Positions 1 through 10,900 of a stretch of 64,000 bases of DNA are shown piece by piece. Source of the DNA: the human T2T-CHM13v2.0 reference genome, Homo sapiens; NCBI RefSeq assembly GCF_009914755.1, contig NC_060928.1; one strand, given 5' to 3'. The number at the start of each line of letters is the position of its first letter. Position 1 is the first letter of the stretch. The position numbers and the translations under genes were made by a program. Under the pieces are notes generated by a model. The model saw nothing but the letters and a program-made list of their open reading frames with translations. It made no database searches and was not told the DNA's origin.

Positions 1-409
1 TGTGTTTATGCAAATTCATGCATAAATTGTGTTGTAATGACAAAATATCATTTTACCATATCATAATGGTAAAATATATTTTTGTGTGTGGAATAGGGGC
101 AAAAGTGTTTGTAAGTTACTGATTTAATGCCTAACAAGGCGTGGTTATATAAACAGCCAATAGCTCATTTGTAGAGTAGACATTGATCTATAAAACATAT
201 TAAACACCTCAGGATTATTTATCTACAGTATCAGAAATGTGTCAAGCTTGATATAAGAGATCAATCCATGTTCTTAAGTCTAACCCTAAGCCTTAACCTT
301 AAGTGGTTTAGAATTAAAGATTAGCCAGGCTACATATTTAAATTTTGCCACCTAGGACTCTTTCAAGATGCCTGAAATAAACCCCAAGTTGTGTCAATGT
401 TCCTTTCGA

Positions 410-2560
410 TAGTATTGATTGAAAATATCCTCTATGCCAAGCCCTAATTTAGACACTGGGGACATAGCTGTGAAGAAGTCCTTACCTTTATTGAATTTAC
501 AGTCTATGAAAAAATAGGTAATAACAATGAAGCCAATTTTGATATAGGTAGGGATATAAAAATGATATTTAAATATGATATAAAGCAGCGTAATAAATGG
601 ACCGTAGCCATGGGAAAGTGTTTTAGATAGGCTAGTCTTAGAATGTTTCTCTGAAGAGGTGACATTAAGGAGGAAATGTAGTATCAAACAGAAGAAGCCG
701 TGTGTGCAAAGTAGAAGGTAGCAATGAACCTGGTGTGTTTGGGGAACAGTGAAAAAGCCAGTATGGCTGAAATGATAATGATCATGGGTTTGTTACAATA
801 CATAGAAAAAATGTGGACAGAACTCAGAACAAGTACAGCTTTCTCTAACTTTTAAGAATTTTGGACATTGTTTTGCAAGTGATGGGAATATTTTGAAGAT
901 TTTGAGCTGAACAGTGATGTGGTCTATATATTTAAGAGATCTTTGTGACTGTCTGAAGAACAGATGATGAGACGGCAAGCATTTGAGGAGGAGGTCGACT
1001 AATGAGTCTGTGTAAGTGGTCCAAAAGATAGTTGAAAATGCTTCAGATTAAGGTGAGAGGTTGTCACACCGAAGCTGTAGTTGTGAAAAGTGCTCAGAGC
1101 TAACAGAAATACTTAATTTGGGATGGAAGGGAAAACAATATTTTATGGACATTTTCCCTGATTAAACGGTAATGTCTTTATTATTGTAGACTAAAATTAA
1201 ATTCTAAGCCCCACCCAAATGACTGAATGAGTCATTTTTTGGAGAAGGGGACCCCAGAGTATCCTTGAAAACTGAGTTCTCAGCCATGATAGCATGGTGG
1301 GGTCAGACTATCCTCCCCTTGCTACCCATGATTAGGCTTTCTTCCCTAAGAGCTCAATAGGAACCGGCCCTTTCAAAAGACTCCACCACTGATCTCAACC
1401 AATCTCTGGATGCTGCTCCCCCCTTCTTGCCTGATAAGAAGCCACTGACCATGGACTGTTTCTGGCTAGTAAAGGGAGCATGCATAGGAAGGGTCCTGAT
1501 GTTCTCTGCTTCATCTTTTCACTTCAGAGAGCCAAAAACTTCACCCTGAGATCATAACCATTATTTGAACATGAAGCATGAAGCTCAAAAGCACTTGCAT
1601 ACGTTTTCCCTTTCATAAATATTCATGACTCCTATAGCTTACTGAATATGCATATTTGGCCACTCTGCTCAGCATAAATTTCTGTTCCCTTTTCCCCCCT
1701 CTCCAAGTATCTGTGGTTTCTGGCTGGAGGCTCTGCTTCTCAGCCTGTCAGCATGGTCACCCTGCTGGCTGTAGCCCTTTATAAGAAATAAAATCTTCTC
1801 TTCTCCTTCTCTAAATTTATAAATTGCATATTTTTAAGTTAACAAAAGATGGGGAAGTACACAGATGAGGCAGGTTTACTTTATTTTTTAATATTATATA
1901 GTGAAGAAAAGACATGGAAGCAAAGTTCTATTTTAAACTTGATAAGCTGGAGATGTCTGCTATGCTTCCAAGTAAAGATGTCAAGTAGACAGTTTCATCT
2001 ATGGATAGAGATGATTTAAAACTTGGGAATCAAGATTATATGTATGTGATCATTTGACTCCTAAGTTTCTAACGCCTATCTCTGAATTATTCATCCAGAA
2101 CGTCTTAAACTAGCCTTTCCTTCTAAGATCTTAACCTACGGCAAAGACACACAAGTGGCTCTTTGATTAATTCTACCATCATTTCGTATTAATCTGTTCA
2201 TGCATTCATTCATCAAATATGTATTGAAGTGATATTTTTAAATGTGGGATTCAAAGAGATAAACTGGGAATGAAAGGAGAGAGGACTAGGCACTGAACCT
2301 CAGAGTATTTCGACATTTAAAGATTCTAATAAGGGAAGGAGTCAGTCCAGAAGATTAGAAATGAGAAGCCTGTATTTTAGGCAAAAAACCAGATTCATGT
2401 AGAAAATACTCTAAGAAGGAGTAGAGGCTGTGTCAAGTGATTGCCTAATGAAGGTCACTGGGCTTGACAAGGTCCATTTTAGTAGAATGATCCTTATGGA
2501 AATCTGGTTGGGGTGGGTTAAGGGGACAGTGGGATGTGAGGCCGTGCAGACTGCTGGTTT
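410..2560 (-). mobile_element. Old LINE-2 (L2) fragments, interrupted by an LTR at 1185-1844
   Basis: Degenerate antisense L2 3'-region motifs (gacactggggacatagctgtgaa; gaagaggtgacatt; agatggggaag; agtaaagatgtcaagtagacag) continue collinearly on both sides of the LTR. Boundaries are approximate. Confidence 0.7.
1185..1844 (+). mobile_element. ERV1 (MER4-group, MER39/MER72-like) solo LTR
   Basis: Begins TG (tgtagactaaaattaaattctaagcccc) and ends CA (aagttaaca). Contains ggggaccccagag...gaaaactgagttc, typical of MER4-group LTRs, and an AATAAA near 1787. No TSD is recognisable. Confidence 0.75.
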
Positions 2561-4124
2561 CAACTGTTTTTTTTTTTTTTTTTGAGGAGTATTCCTATTA
2601 ACATAAATGAAATCAGGCTTCAGCAGCGTCCGCAGCAAGTTAGGAGGCCAAATATATTTTTTTTACATGGGAGATACTTAGATGTTGATAGTATTTTAGC
2701 AGGAAAGAAAAGTTAATAACATGGGAGAAAAAGTTGTAGGAACAAATTAGTTGTTTAGATGGGAGGGGGTAAGACTGTAAAAATGATGGGTTGAATTTAG
2801 ATAGGAACCAAGAAAGTCTATCCCATATTATTCCAAGGAAAGCAAAGAATATAAGTGAAGATACAGTGAAATTATACAAAAAAAAGTAAAAAAAAAGAGA
2901 AGAGAGAACAGGTGTGGTAGGTTTGGGAAGAAAGAAAAACTATGAAATAATCATCTTGGAGAAGAGGAGAGAAAATTGATCAGAGAAACTAGCACAAGAT
3001 TGCTGAGTAGTGCTGGAGGCTCACTTGGTACTTTTTTACTTAAATCTGTATTAAAAGCGGGCGTGAGTCCTTGGTTTTCTGTAATCACATTTGGCTGCAT
3101 GGGTGATGGCACAAAGCAGAAAGAAAACTGGATTTAACCAGACCTGGGGTGCTGCCAGGTGAAAATGATAGGTGGGGAGACAGGCAGAAAAAGTTGAAGC
3201 TGCATGTTAGGGAGTAATTGCAGTGTTCACTAGACCACTAGACCATTAAATCTGAATGGTTTAGGAAGTAAAATAATTTCAGGAGGGAGGTATGGACAAT
3301 GTAAAGGAGGGCTGAACTAATGTCAGGAAAGTTGTAATAGTAAAAGTCTGGGTGTTTGTGTTCCTATCATAACTGAAAACATAAGAGGCACTCATTCAAT
3401 AATTGCATGCCCGAAATTGGGATTTTTTTAAACCTAGTTGAGTTATTGATAATGCTAAAATTTAGTTATTGTTAAAGATATGAGTAGGGCATTTGGTGGC
3501 TGAGTTAAGACCGAAGGAAAAAAGTTATCTGCAGATAAGTCAAGAAACTTAGGGGCCAGGGTGTTGGCCAGATCCCTCTCAAGGATGTGGGCACTACCAG
3601 GATTGATGAAAGAAATAGTGCTGAGAGGAAGGTCAGCAAAATTAAATATTTGCCAAGAAGTCATATTCTTTGTGTGTCAATTTCTTTATGTGAAGAGTAT
3701 AATCAGATTAAATAGATTTTTCTCTAAATTTTTAGAGAAAATTTAGAGAAATCTCTTCTTTGAAGAGATTCTCTTTTAATTTTTAAAATGTTTAGCCACT
3801 AAAATGGCTCTCATGATTAGAAACTTTTGAAAATTTCAGCTGTTAATCAAATAACTAGAACCTCCCTGATGCTTAGCAAATCTCCATTTCCTTTGCCACA
3901 TTTTAATATTTATAAGTGTTTCTAGTCTTAATGATTTTCATGTGTATGAAATTATTAGTTATTGAGGATAAAAAACGAAAAAGGCAGGCTTCTATGTGTA
4001 CATTGTAATTGGGGGTGTAGTCAGGGTGAGAAAAACATAAGAAAAATGAATCTTAATGAGAATGCAGTTACAATAATCCATTTATTTAATGACTATTTAT
4101 TGAGGGTGTCCTGCGTACCAAGTA

Positions 4125-4434
4125 TTTTTTTTCTTTTTCTTTTCTTTCTTTCTTTTTTTTTTTTTTTTGAGACAGGGTCTCACTCTGTCACCCAAGCTGG
4201 AGTGCAGTGGTCTAATCTCAGCTCACTGCAACCTCTGCCTCCTGGGTTAAATCAATTCTCCTGCCTCAGCCTCCTGAGTAGCTGAGATTATAAGCACTTG
4301 CCACCACACCCGGCTACTTTTTTGTATTTTTTTAGTAGAGAGGGGTTTCACCATGTTGGCCAGGTTGGTCTTGAACTCCTGACCTCAAGTGATCCACCCA
4401 CCTTGGCCTCCCAAGGTGCTGGGATTACAGGCAT
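4125..4434 (-). mobile_element. AluS (Sx/Sz-like), slightly 5'-truncated
   Basis: T-rich tail followed by gagacagggtctcactctgtcaccc...ctcctgacctcaagtgatccacccaccttggcctccc...gggattacaggcat. Confidence 0.95.
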
Positions 4435-4558
4435 AGTTTTTGTGCCACAGATTAAGTGGTGAATAGGCCCTACTTCTCTAGTGATCCTATGCTAGAACCA
4501 GATGATCCCACATCTGTCCATTTGAAAACCCGCACATGTACACTGTCTTCAGTCCTGA

Positions 4559-5362
4559 TGAGAGGAGAAGCCAGCTGGACTTCATGGGTCCTGGGTCGAG
4601 TGGGGACTTGGAGAACTTTTCTGTCTAGCTAAAGGATTGTAAACACACCAATCTGCACTCTGTAAAAACGCACCAATCAGCACTCTGTGTCTAGCTAAAG
4701 GATTGTAAACGCACCAATCAGCACTCTGTAAAAACGCAGTAATCAGCACTCTGTGTCTAGCTAAAGAATTGTAAATGCAGCAATCAGCACTCTGTAAAAA
4801 CGCACCAATCAGCACTCTGTGTCTATCTAAAGGATTGTAAATGGACCAATCAGCACTCCATACAATGGACCAATCAGCAGGATGTGGGCAGGGCCAAATA
4901 AGGGAATAAAAGCTGGCCATCTGAGCCAGCAGCAGCAACCAGCTGGGGTCCCCTTCCATGCTGTGGAAGCTTAGTTCTTTAGCTCTTCACAATAAATCTT
5001 GCTGCTGCTCACTCTTTGGGTCTGCACTACCTTTACGAGCTGTAACACTCACTTCGAGGGTCTGCAGCTTCATTACTGAAGTCGGTGAGACCACGAACCC
5101 ACTGGAAAGAACAAACAACTCTGGTGACACCACCTTTAAGAGCTGTAACACTCACTGCAAAGGTCTGTGGCTTTGCTCCTGAAGTCAGCGAGACCATGAA
5201 CCCACGAGACGGAAGAAACTCTGGACACATCTGAACATCTGAAGGAACAAATTCCAGACACACCATCTTTAAGAACTGTAACACTCACTGTGAGGGTCTG
5301 GGGCTTCATTCTTGAAGTCAGCGAGACCAAGAACCCACTGGAAGGAATAAATTCCCGACACA
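4559..5362 (+). mobile_element. LTR12 (ERV9/HERV-9) solo LTR
   Basis: TG...CA termini (tgagaggagaagccagctgg ... attcccgacaca). Perfect 4-bp TSD CTGA at 4555-4558 and 5363-5366. U3 tandem ccaatcagcactctgt units and three repeated U5 units (ctgtaacactcac...). Confidence 0.95.
4640..4996 (+). promoter_or_regulatory. LTR12 U3 CCAAT (NF-Y) array, TATA-like element and polyA signal
   Basis: Six intact CCAAT boxes plus two mutated ones (gtaatc, gcaatc) in tandem units, gggaataaaagc near 4902-4913, AATAAA at 4991-4996. The NF-Y-driven promoter role of LTR12 is established knowledge; activity at this copy is untested. Confidence 0.7.
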
Positions 5363-5466
5363 CTGAGAGTGTGTATGTGTGATTCCCTGGGGTTCAGAAG
5401 CTCGTAATACAAGAAGCTGTAATACAAGCTTCTGAACCCCAGGGAATCACACATACACACTCTCAG
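5363..5466. repeat. Perfect 40-bp inverted repeat with 24-nt spacer (104-nt hairpin)
   Basis: 5363-5402 ctgagagtgtgtatgtgtgattccctggggttcagaagct is the exact reverse complement of 5427-5466 agcttctgaaccccagggaatcacacatacacactctcag. Confidence 0.97.
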
Positions 5467-5529
5467 GGTTCTTTCTACTCTGTTTCTTAGATTCATTATA
5501 ATTGTCTCTAAGAAGGACTCAGAGTTTTA

Positions 5530-5702
5530 AAAATTGTTTCTCCAATGTTATGCAGAGGATTACAAAAGCAGATTTTCAGATTTTTTTAATAAGAAATTGT
5601 GATTCAAGGAGTCTAAGGTGAAGCTCAGGGATGTGTATTTTAATGAGTTTCCTAGAAGAATTTGATACATATTGTCTGAGGACTAAATTTTGAGAAAAAC
5701 TA
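5530..5702. mobile_element. MER5-family hAT-Charlie MITE, degenerate
   Basis: gattcaaggagtctaaggtgaagctcagggatgtgtattttaatgagtttcct...ttttgagaaaaac resembles the MER5A/B core and terminus. Confidence 0.55.
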
Positions 5703-5851
5703 CCTTAGAGAAACAAAAATAACGTGATCTTCCCTGGGGATAAGGATTAATTAAACCTTAAAAACATCAAAGCAATGCAACTTCTTTCTGGGAGATTAAG
5801 AAAAGTTTATGCTTCACAGGTAGGATACTCTCACAGAAGGAAGCTGAGAAG

Positions 5852-5937
5852 TTCATTTTGTAATTTGTAAGTGTTATTATTGGGTGTTCACACACATGTG
5901 TGAGATGTGGCTCCCCTGGACATGTTACCAGCCTGAT
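5852..5937 (+). pseudogene. SNORD13: Degenerate U13 snoRNA retrocopy (pseudogene of SNORD13)
   Basis: ttcattttgtaatttgtaagtgttattattgggtgttcacacacatgtgtgagatgtggctccc...ttaccagcctga aligns with recalled human U13 (atccttttgtagttcatgagcgtgatgattgggtgttcatacgcttgtgtgagatgtgccaccc...ttacccgtctga). Box C (tgatga) is mutated and the 3' half has a deletion. Confidence 0.75.
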
Positions 5938-6133
5938 GAGGTAAAGAGACTATTAAAAATCTGAAGAACTCCAAGATACCATTCTTGCTAAAAGCAACAC
6001 AGAAAACAAAATGCGGTTACATCTCTAGGGTACCGCAGTGGACACCCCAGCAGCTAAATAAAGGCTAAAGATAATATTTGGCAAGAACCCCTTTTCACAA
6101 AGATCTTCATAATGATTTGATATGAACATGCCC

Positions 6134-6492
6134 TATATTAGTCCACTTTCATACTGCTATGAAGAAATACCTGACAGTGGGTAATTTATAAAGAAAAAGA
6201 GGTTTAATGGACTCACAGTTCCACTTGGCTGAGGAGGCCTCACAATCATGGCAGAGGCAAAGGAGGAGCAAAGGCACATTTTACATGGTGGCAGGCAAGA
6301 GAGCATGTGCAGGGGAATGCCCTTATAAAACCATCAGATCTTGTGAGACTTTTCACTATCATGAGAACAGCATGGGAAAAACCTACCCCCATAATTCAAT
6401 TACCTCCCATGAGGTCCCTCCCATAAACGTGTGGATTATGGGACCTTCAATTCAAGATGAGATTTGGGTGGGGACACAGCGGAACCATATCA
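6134..6492 (-). mobile_element. THE1 (THE1C/D-like) MaLR solo LTR
   Basis: Reverse complement of the THE1 consensus (...gagatttgggtggggacacagcggaaccatatca). Perfect 5-bp TSD TGCCC at 6129-6133 and 6493-6497. Confidence 0.93.
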
Positions 6493-7054
6493 TGCCCCAA
6501 TGTGACATAAAACAAGGTCAAGTGAGACAAAAAGCTCATTCATTAGTCCCAGGGCCTGCCTTGTGTTTCCAACATAATGGTCCAGGCCAAGATATGTCTT
6601 CAGATCTTTCCGTCCACCTTCTGTGGACCTGTCAAGATCATAATGCTTGCTCTGTGCTTCTTGTCTTGACCTAGATCTCCATCCTTCTCTCACTCCTGAA
6701 CTTTTCTACAGAGCTTTAATTCTTCAGTAATCTCTCTTACATATTAACTTGACTGTAGGATGTTCTCCCTCTCCTTGCCATACCTCAATCCTAGTTCTCC
6801 CTGAGGAAACTAATTCCTCTGTAGTCCTTTCACGTGAACTGCTTATTCCTCCAAATGCTGTTTATCTCAGGGTCTAGATCTGGAGTTGTCAATGAGTTTT
6901 ACCTCTATTCGCTACTTCAATGCTCTCAATTCCCTCATCCTACTTTAAAGCTTTTGTTCCTTTGAGATTCACCATCTCTAGCACTTCACGTATTGAGTAT
7001 TTCCCAACTCATCTCATTCTAGAGTTTTGATTTTTTTTTTTACCCTCCCTTCTC

Positions 7055-7184
7055 TGAAGTGGTAGACCGATAATGCCCTTAATGTCTTCAGTGATCTCTG
7101 TATCTTTTGGTACTCACTTTGAAGTGGTAGACCGATAATGCCCTTAATGTCTTCAGTGATCTCTGTATCTTTTGGTACTCACTT
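7055..7184. repeat. Perfect 65-bp tandem duplication
   Basis: tgaagtggtagaccgataatgcccttaatgtcttcagtgatctctgtatcttttggtactcactt occurs identically at 7055-7119 and 7120-7184. Confidence 0.97.
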
Positions 7185-10100
7185 TACTTGACCACTTTTC
7201 AGAATTAGATATGGTTGACCATATTTTCCTTCCTGAAATTCACTCCTCTGGGCCTCTAAGTCACAGGGCTATATTTTAGTATTCCAGGACCCTCACTTGG
7301 GATCATTTGATATCACCTGCCAGATGAGGGAATAAAAACAAAACTAACAAAAAAACTCAATCACGTTAACTAGTTTCTTAAAGTTCCCAGTACGAATAAG
7401 GGGCATAACGGAAACATAAATCTATGGCAAACATGGGATCTTTACCGCTACATTTTATGGACCTCCTGATTTTGAGGAGTTCTTAATTAGTTCAGTGATA
7501 AACAGAGGCCTTGGGAAGGCAGAAGGTAACATGGTGATTCTGGAACCTGGAAATGGCAGTTGGATGTTGAAAGCAACTAGTGTTTCAGAAGATAAACCTC
7601 ACTGACATCCTCCATACTATGACCTTTGAGCCTCAAGTGAGACTCTTATTACATCCCCAAAGTTTTAGTCAGATGCCTGAAATAATTATTTTTACCAAAA
7701 GAATAAAAAAAAATTGGTACAACAAATAACTTCCTGATCATGAAGCTGAATTCCTTTTACTTTAGGGCCACTTCTCTTGAGTCAGCAAACGTTGTCTTTG
7801 TGTTTTTTGTTGGTGTCTTCATCTAATTATGCAGCCTCATGTTTGACTGTCTCCATCAAAATACATTCAACATTATTTCCCTACTCTATTGCTACTTCTG
7901 GAAAATACAAACTTTTGTGAGTATTCTGATTCAAAATTATTATGACAAATATGTCTCCATAAAGGATTGCTAGTAACATGATTAGCTTTAAAATATGGAT
8001 GTATAAATTGTAACCTTCTTTTAAATTAAATAACACAACTGATACAATTTTTAATCTTCAAATGTTCCAATCATGTTTTTTCTTTCCTGCCACAAGAGAA
8101 TATTAAGTCGATTAAAAACAGATTTTTGGCTCTATGCTGAGTAGAAACTTACCTAATAGTAACTTATTTAGTGTCCTTGTGAATACAGCTTTCTAATATG
8201 CCACCAGGGAGTAAATTCAACTTTGTGATAATTTGGATTATTAGGTATTTAAAAAATAAAACCTCAGCTAGAATTGTACTTTTAATACAAACAACATTGC
8301 TTTATGTTGTCAGCTCCCTAAGGAGAGTTACTCTTTTTTTGTTGGAAGTAGTTTTTCCATTTACATAATTGATGTTCAGAAAAAGAATTTCAGATAATGA
8401 TAATGTCATAAAAGGAAAGGTTATTATCTATATCTATGTAAAAATGTGATGAGAGGTACATTTTGATTTGAGGAGAATGAAAGATTGGAGCTCTGTGATG
8501 CTTTTGAATAAAGTATATTTGATAATTTCCTTTCTTGTTTAGTCCAACTGTGGTTTAGGAGGACTCCTGCAAGAAGACAGGTGCATAAAGATATTTGTCA
8601 ACTAGATAAGAGTCCATTCAACCTGGAGGCTTATTTTACTTTTTTATATTGCTATTGTAGAAATGCAGTTAAGTGCAAGGTCTACTGATGGAGATATCAT
8701 GAAATAATAAAAAATTTATATTTGTTCTCACTATTCTTATTATCTTTATATATAAACACATAGATAAAACACAATTTCATAACAGAAAAGGAAATTGACT
8801 TTTTTTCCGCTTTTAATTCTGTATTGAAAATATCTTCATCATAAAACACACTTTGGCCCATGCAATTTGATACCTACTTGCAAATCCTTATCAGCAACAT
8901 GCTTTTAGATCTTTGGATCCCGAAAACTGTTACTATCAAAGACATGTTCTCTCACTTAAACCTGCTTATATACATGCCTTGGTTGAGTATTAATTTTCTT
9001 TTACCTTATTTGTAAGACAGTATTAAAGAGAATCACTATATAAATCAAAGTTATTATTTTGGTAAACTGATTATTCTTTATATTGTATGCAATAGCAAAA
9101 AGAAAAATAAGCAAATATCCTCCCAATTTAAGGGAGAATGAAAATGAATCCTTAGGAAGAGAGGTGAAAAAATAATGGTTTTATTAAAATAATTTACAAT
9201 CATTCATTGAAGCTGAGCTGTACCTTTTATATAAGTTTTTCTGTATAAATTTCAACGAATCCTTCTCCACATCTTCTGTGGTAAAGAAAGCATTAGTGTT
9301 GTCATTTCCATGGAAGGCAGTAAAGCCGAGCTGCTGGGATGAGTTGCCCAAGGTTACACACACGTGGTAAACAACCCAAGTCTTCTGGTTCCAACACAAA
9401 GTGTTCTTTTTATTAACCACAGCTGCAACCTCACCATTTACATTTTGGAGAATAATTGGAAATAATTGGATTATTATTGGCATATCTTACATGTACATAG
9501 AACTCTGATTCTGCATGTTTTTCCACCTTTAAAACCAAGCAGTAAAGTATGTTCCCCTTTTCTGGGGATATTTCTGGATTAAGTAATCTTAAGAAAACAA
9601 GTATCCTAAAAAAATATGATAATAAGAATTGCTGGTTGACTTTTATTCTTGCCACAGGCAGCAGTTTGGCAGGTGCATGTAAGTCTTGATGAGACTGTCT
9701 TATTAAATTATAGGACCAATTAGTGCACCTAGATATATTTTGACTGGTTCTATACCTATGGCACCTATAAGTTATAATTGGCTGGTGATGGTTGTGACTT
9801 AACTATACCTGGAACTGATAATCATATGTTATAATTTCATATAAATGATAAAAATAATTATAACTCCCAAATCTTGGTGATTGATTTAGCAATAGTCTTT
9901 TAGAAGTACCGTAATACCTTACCTAAGAGATTTTAATAATCTTGAATTGATTCAATGAGATATTTCTTCAAGTAGTTCTAAAAAATGCATAGATTTCATT
10001 ATCTTTACTATGCTGTGACAAGTAAAACATTTTCCGTCCATGAGTTTTTGGAGATACGAATTCTGTCATGGAATTACAGACTGGAGTTTTATGATCAGTG

Positions 10101-10498
10101 AGAAAATAATCATTAAAGATAAATCTATTAAATCCTAATAAATAGACAAGTCATCTAAGCTTTAGCATCTACAGTTATGTGGGGTGGTAATGGTTCAATC
10201 TTTCACTTTTGTTAAGAAGCTGAAATGTTTTTCAAAGATATTGAATGTTAACAGCAAAAGATAAATTCTTTATGTTGACACAGTGTTTCAAAAGAAGTGT
10301 CGATGTTATACTTATAGCAGGTGAATTACTCTTTAAAAATCTGTTGTCTGCATTCCTGTGTGTGGCTTCCTGATCCTCTCTAGTTTACAGCTTACAAGTA
10401 TACTACCTGTCATCGTTCAGAAGGCTTGTTTCTAGTATTCTTGGCTGAATATTCTGTGTGCCTTAAATTTTTAAAGACCAATATGGATGTGGCATAGA

Positions 10499-10675
10499 CA
10501 GGTGATTCTCAAAGGTTAGCATTCACCAAAATTGCCTGATGGGCTTGTTGACATACAGTTTGCTACAACCTACCCCCCAGAGTATGAGACAGTAGATCTG
10601 GAGTAGGGCCTAACAAATAATATTTCCACCAAGTACTAGATGATGCCGCTGGTCTAGAGCTTTTGATAACCACTG
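10499..10675. mobile_element. MER5A hAT-Charlie MITE
   Basis: caggtgattctcaaag ... tttgataaccactg terminal inverted repeats, with cagtagatctggagtagggcc in the core. Confidence 0.7.
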
Positions 10676-10679
10676 GTCT

Positions 10680-10900
10680 ACAGTAACAGTTAATAGCTGG
10701 TTCTCTAGAGACGGACTGCCTAAATTAAAATTTATTTCTGTCACTTAATAGTTGGTTTACATTCGGTGAGCTGCTTTTAACTCTGTGATTTAGCTTCCTC
10801 ATCTGTACAATGAGTCTCATACCAGTACCCAGTTCATAGAACTATTCTAAGATAGTACCTGGAACAGAGTGAGCACTCAACAACAGTCAGATATTATCAT
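10680..10900 (+). mobile_element. MIR SINE
   Basis: MIR core motifs (ctgtcacttaatag; agcttcctcatctgtacaatgag; gagcactcaac). Confidence 0.65.

Noticed and set aside
278-301. Telomere-like ctaaccctaagccttaacctt
   Set aside because: Too short and degenerate to call an interstitial telomeric sequence.
3962-4285. ORFs with Alu-type peptides (also 12125, 13479, 32482, 35756, 58490-58817)
   Set aside because: Typical Alu antisense translations (QAGVQW...LQPPPP...FSCLSL).
4640-4880. Regularly spaced direct repeats superficially like a CRISPR array
   Set aside because: The spacers are themselves repeated. This is the standard LTR12 U3 CCAAT array in primate DNA, with no cas genes.
4582-5496. ORFs of 74-125 aa with repeated peptides (SADWCVYNPLARHRVLIGAFLQ)
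   Set aside because: Translations of LTR12 tandem repeat units, not genes.
6207-6674. 155-aa ORF
   Set aside because: Mostly antisense THE1 LTR sequence running into flank.
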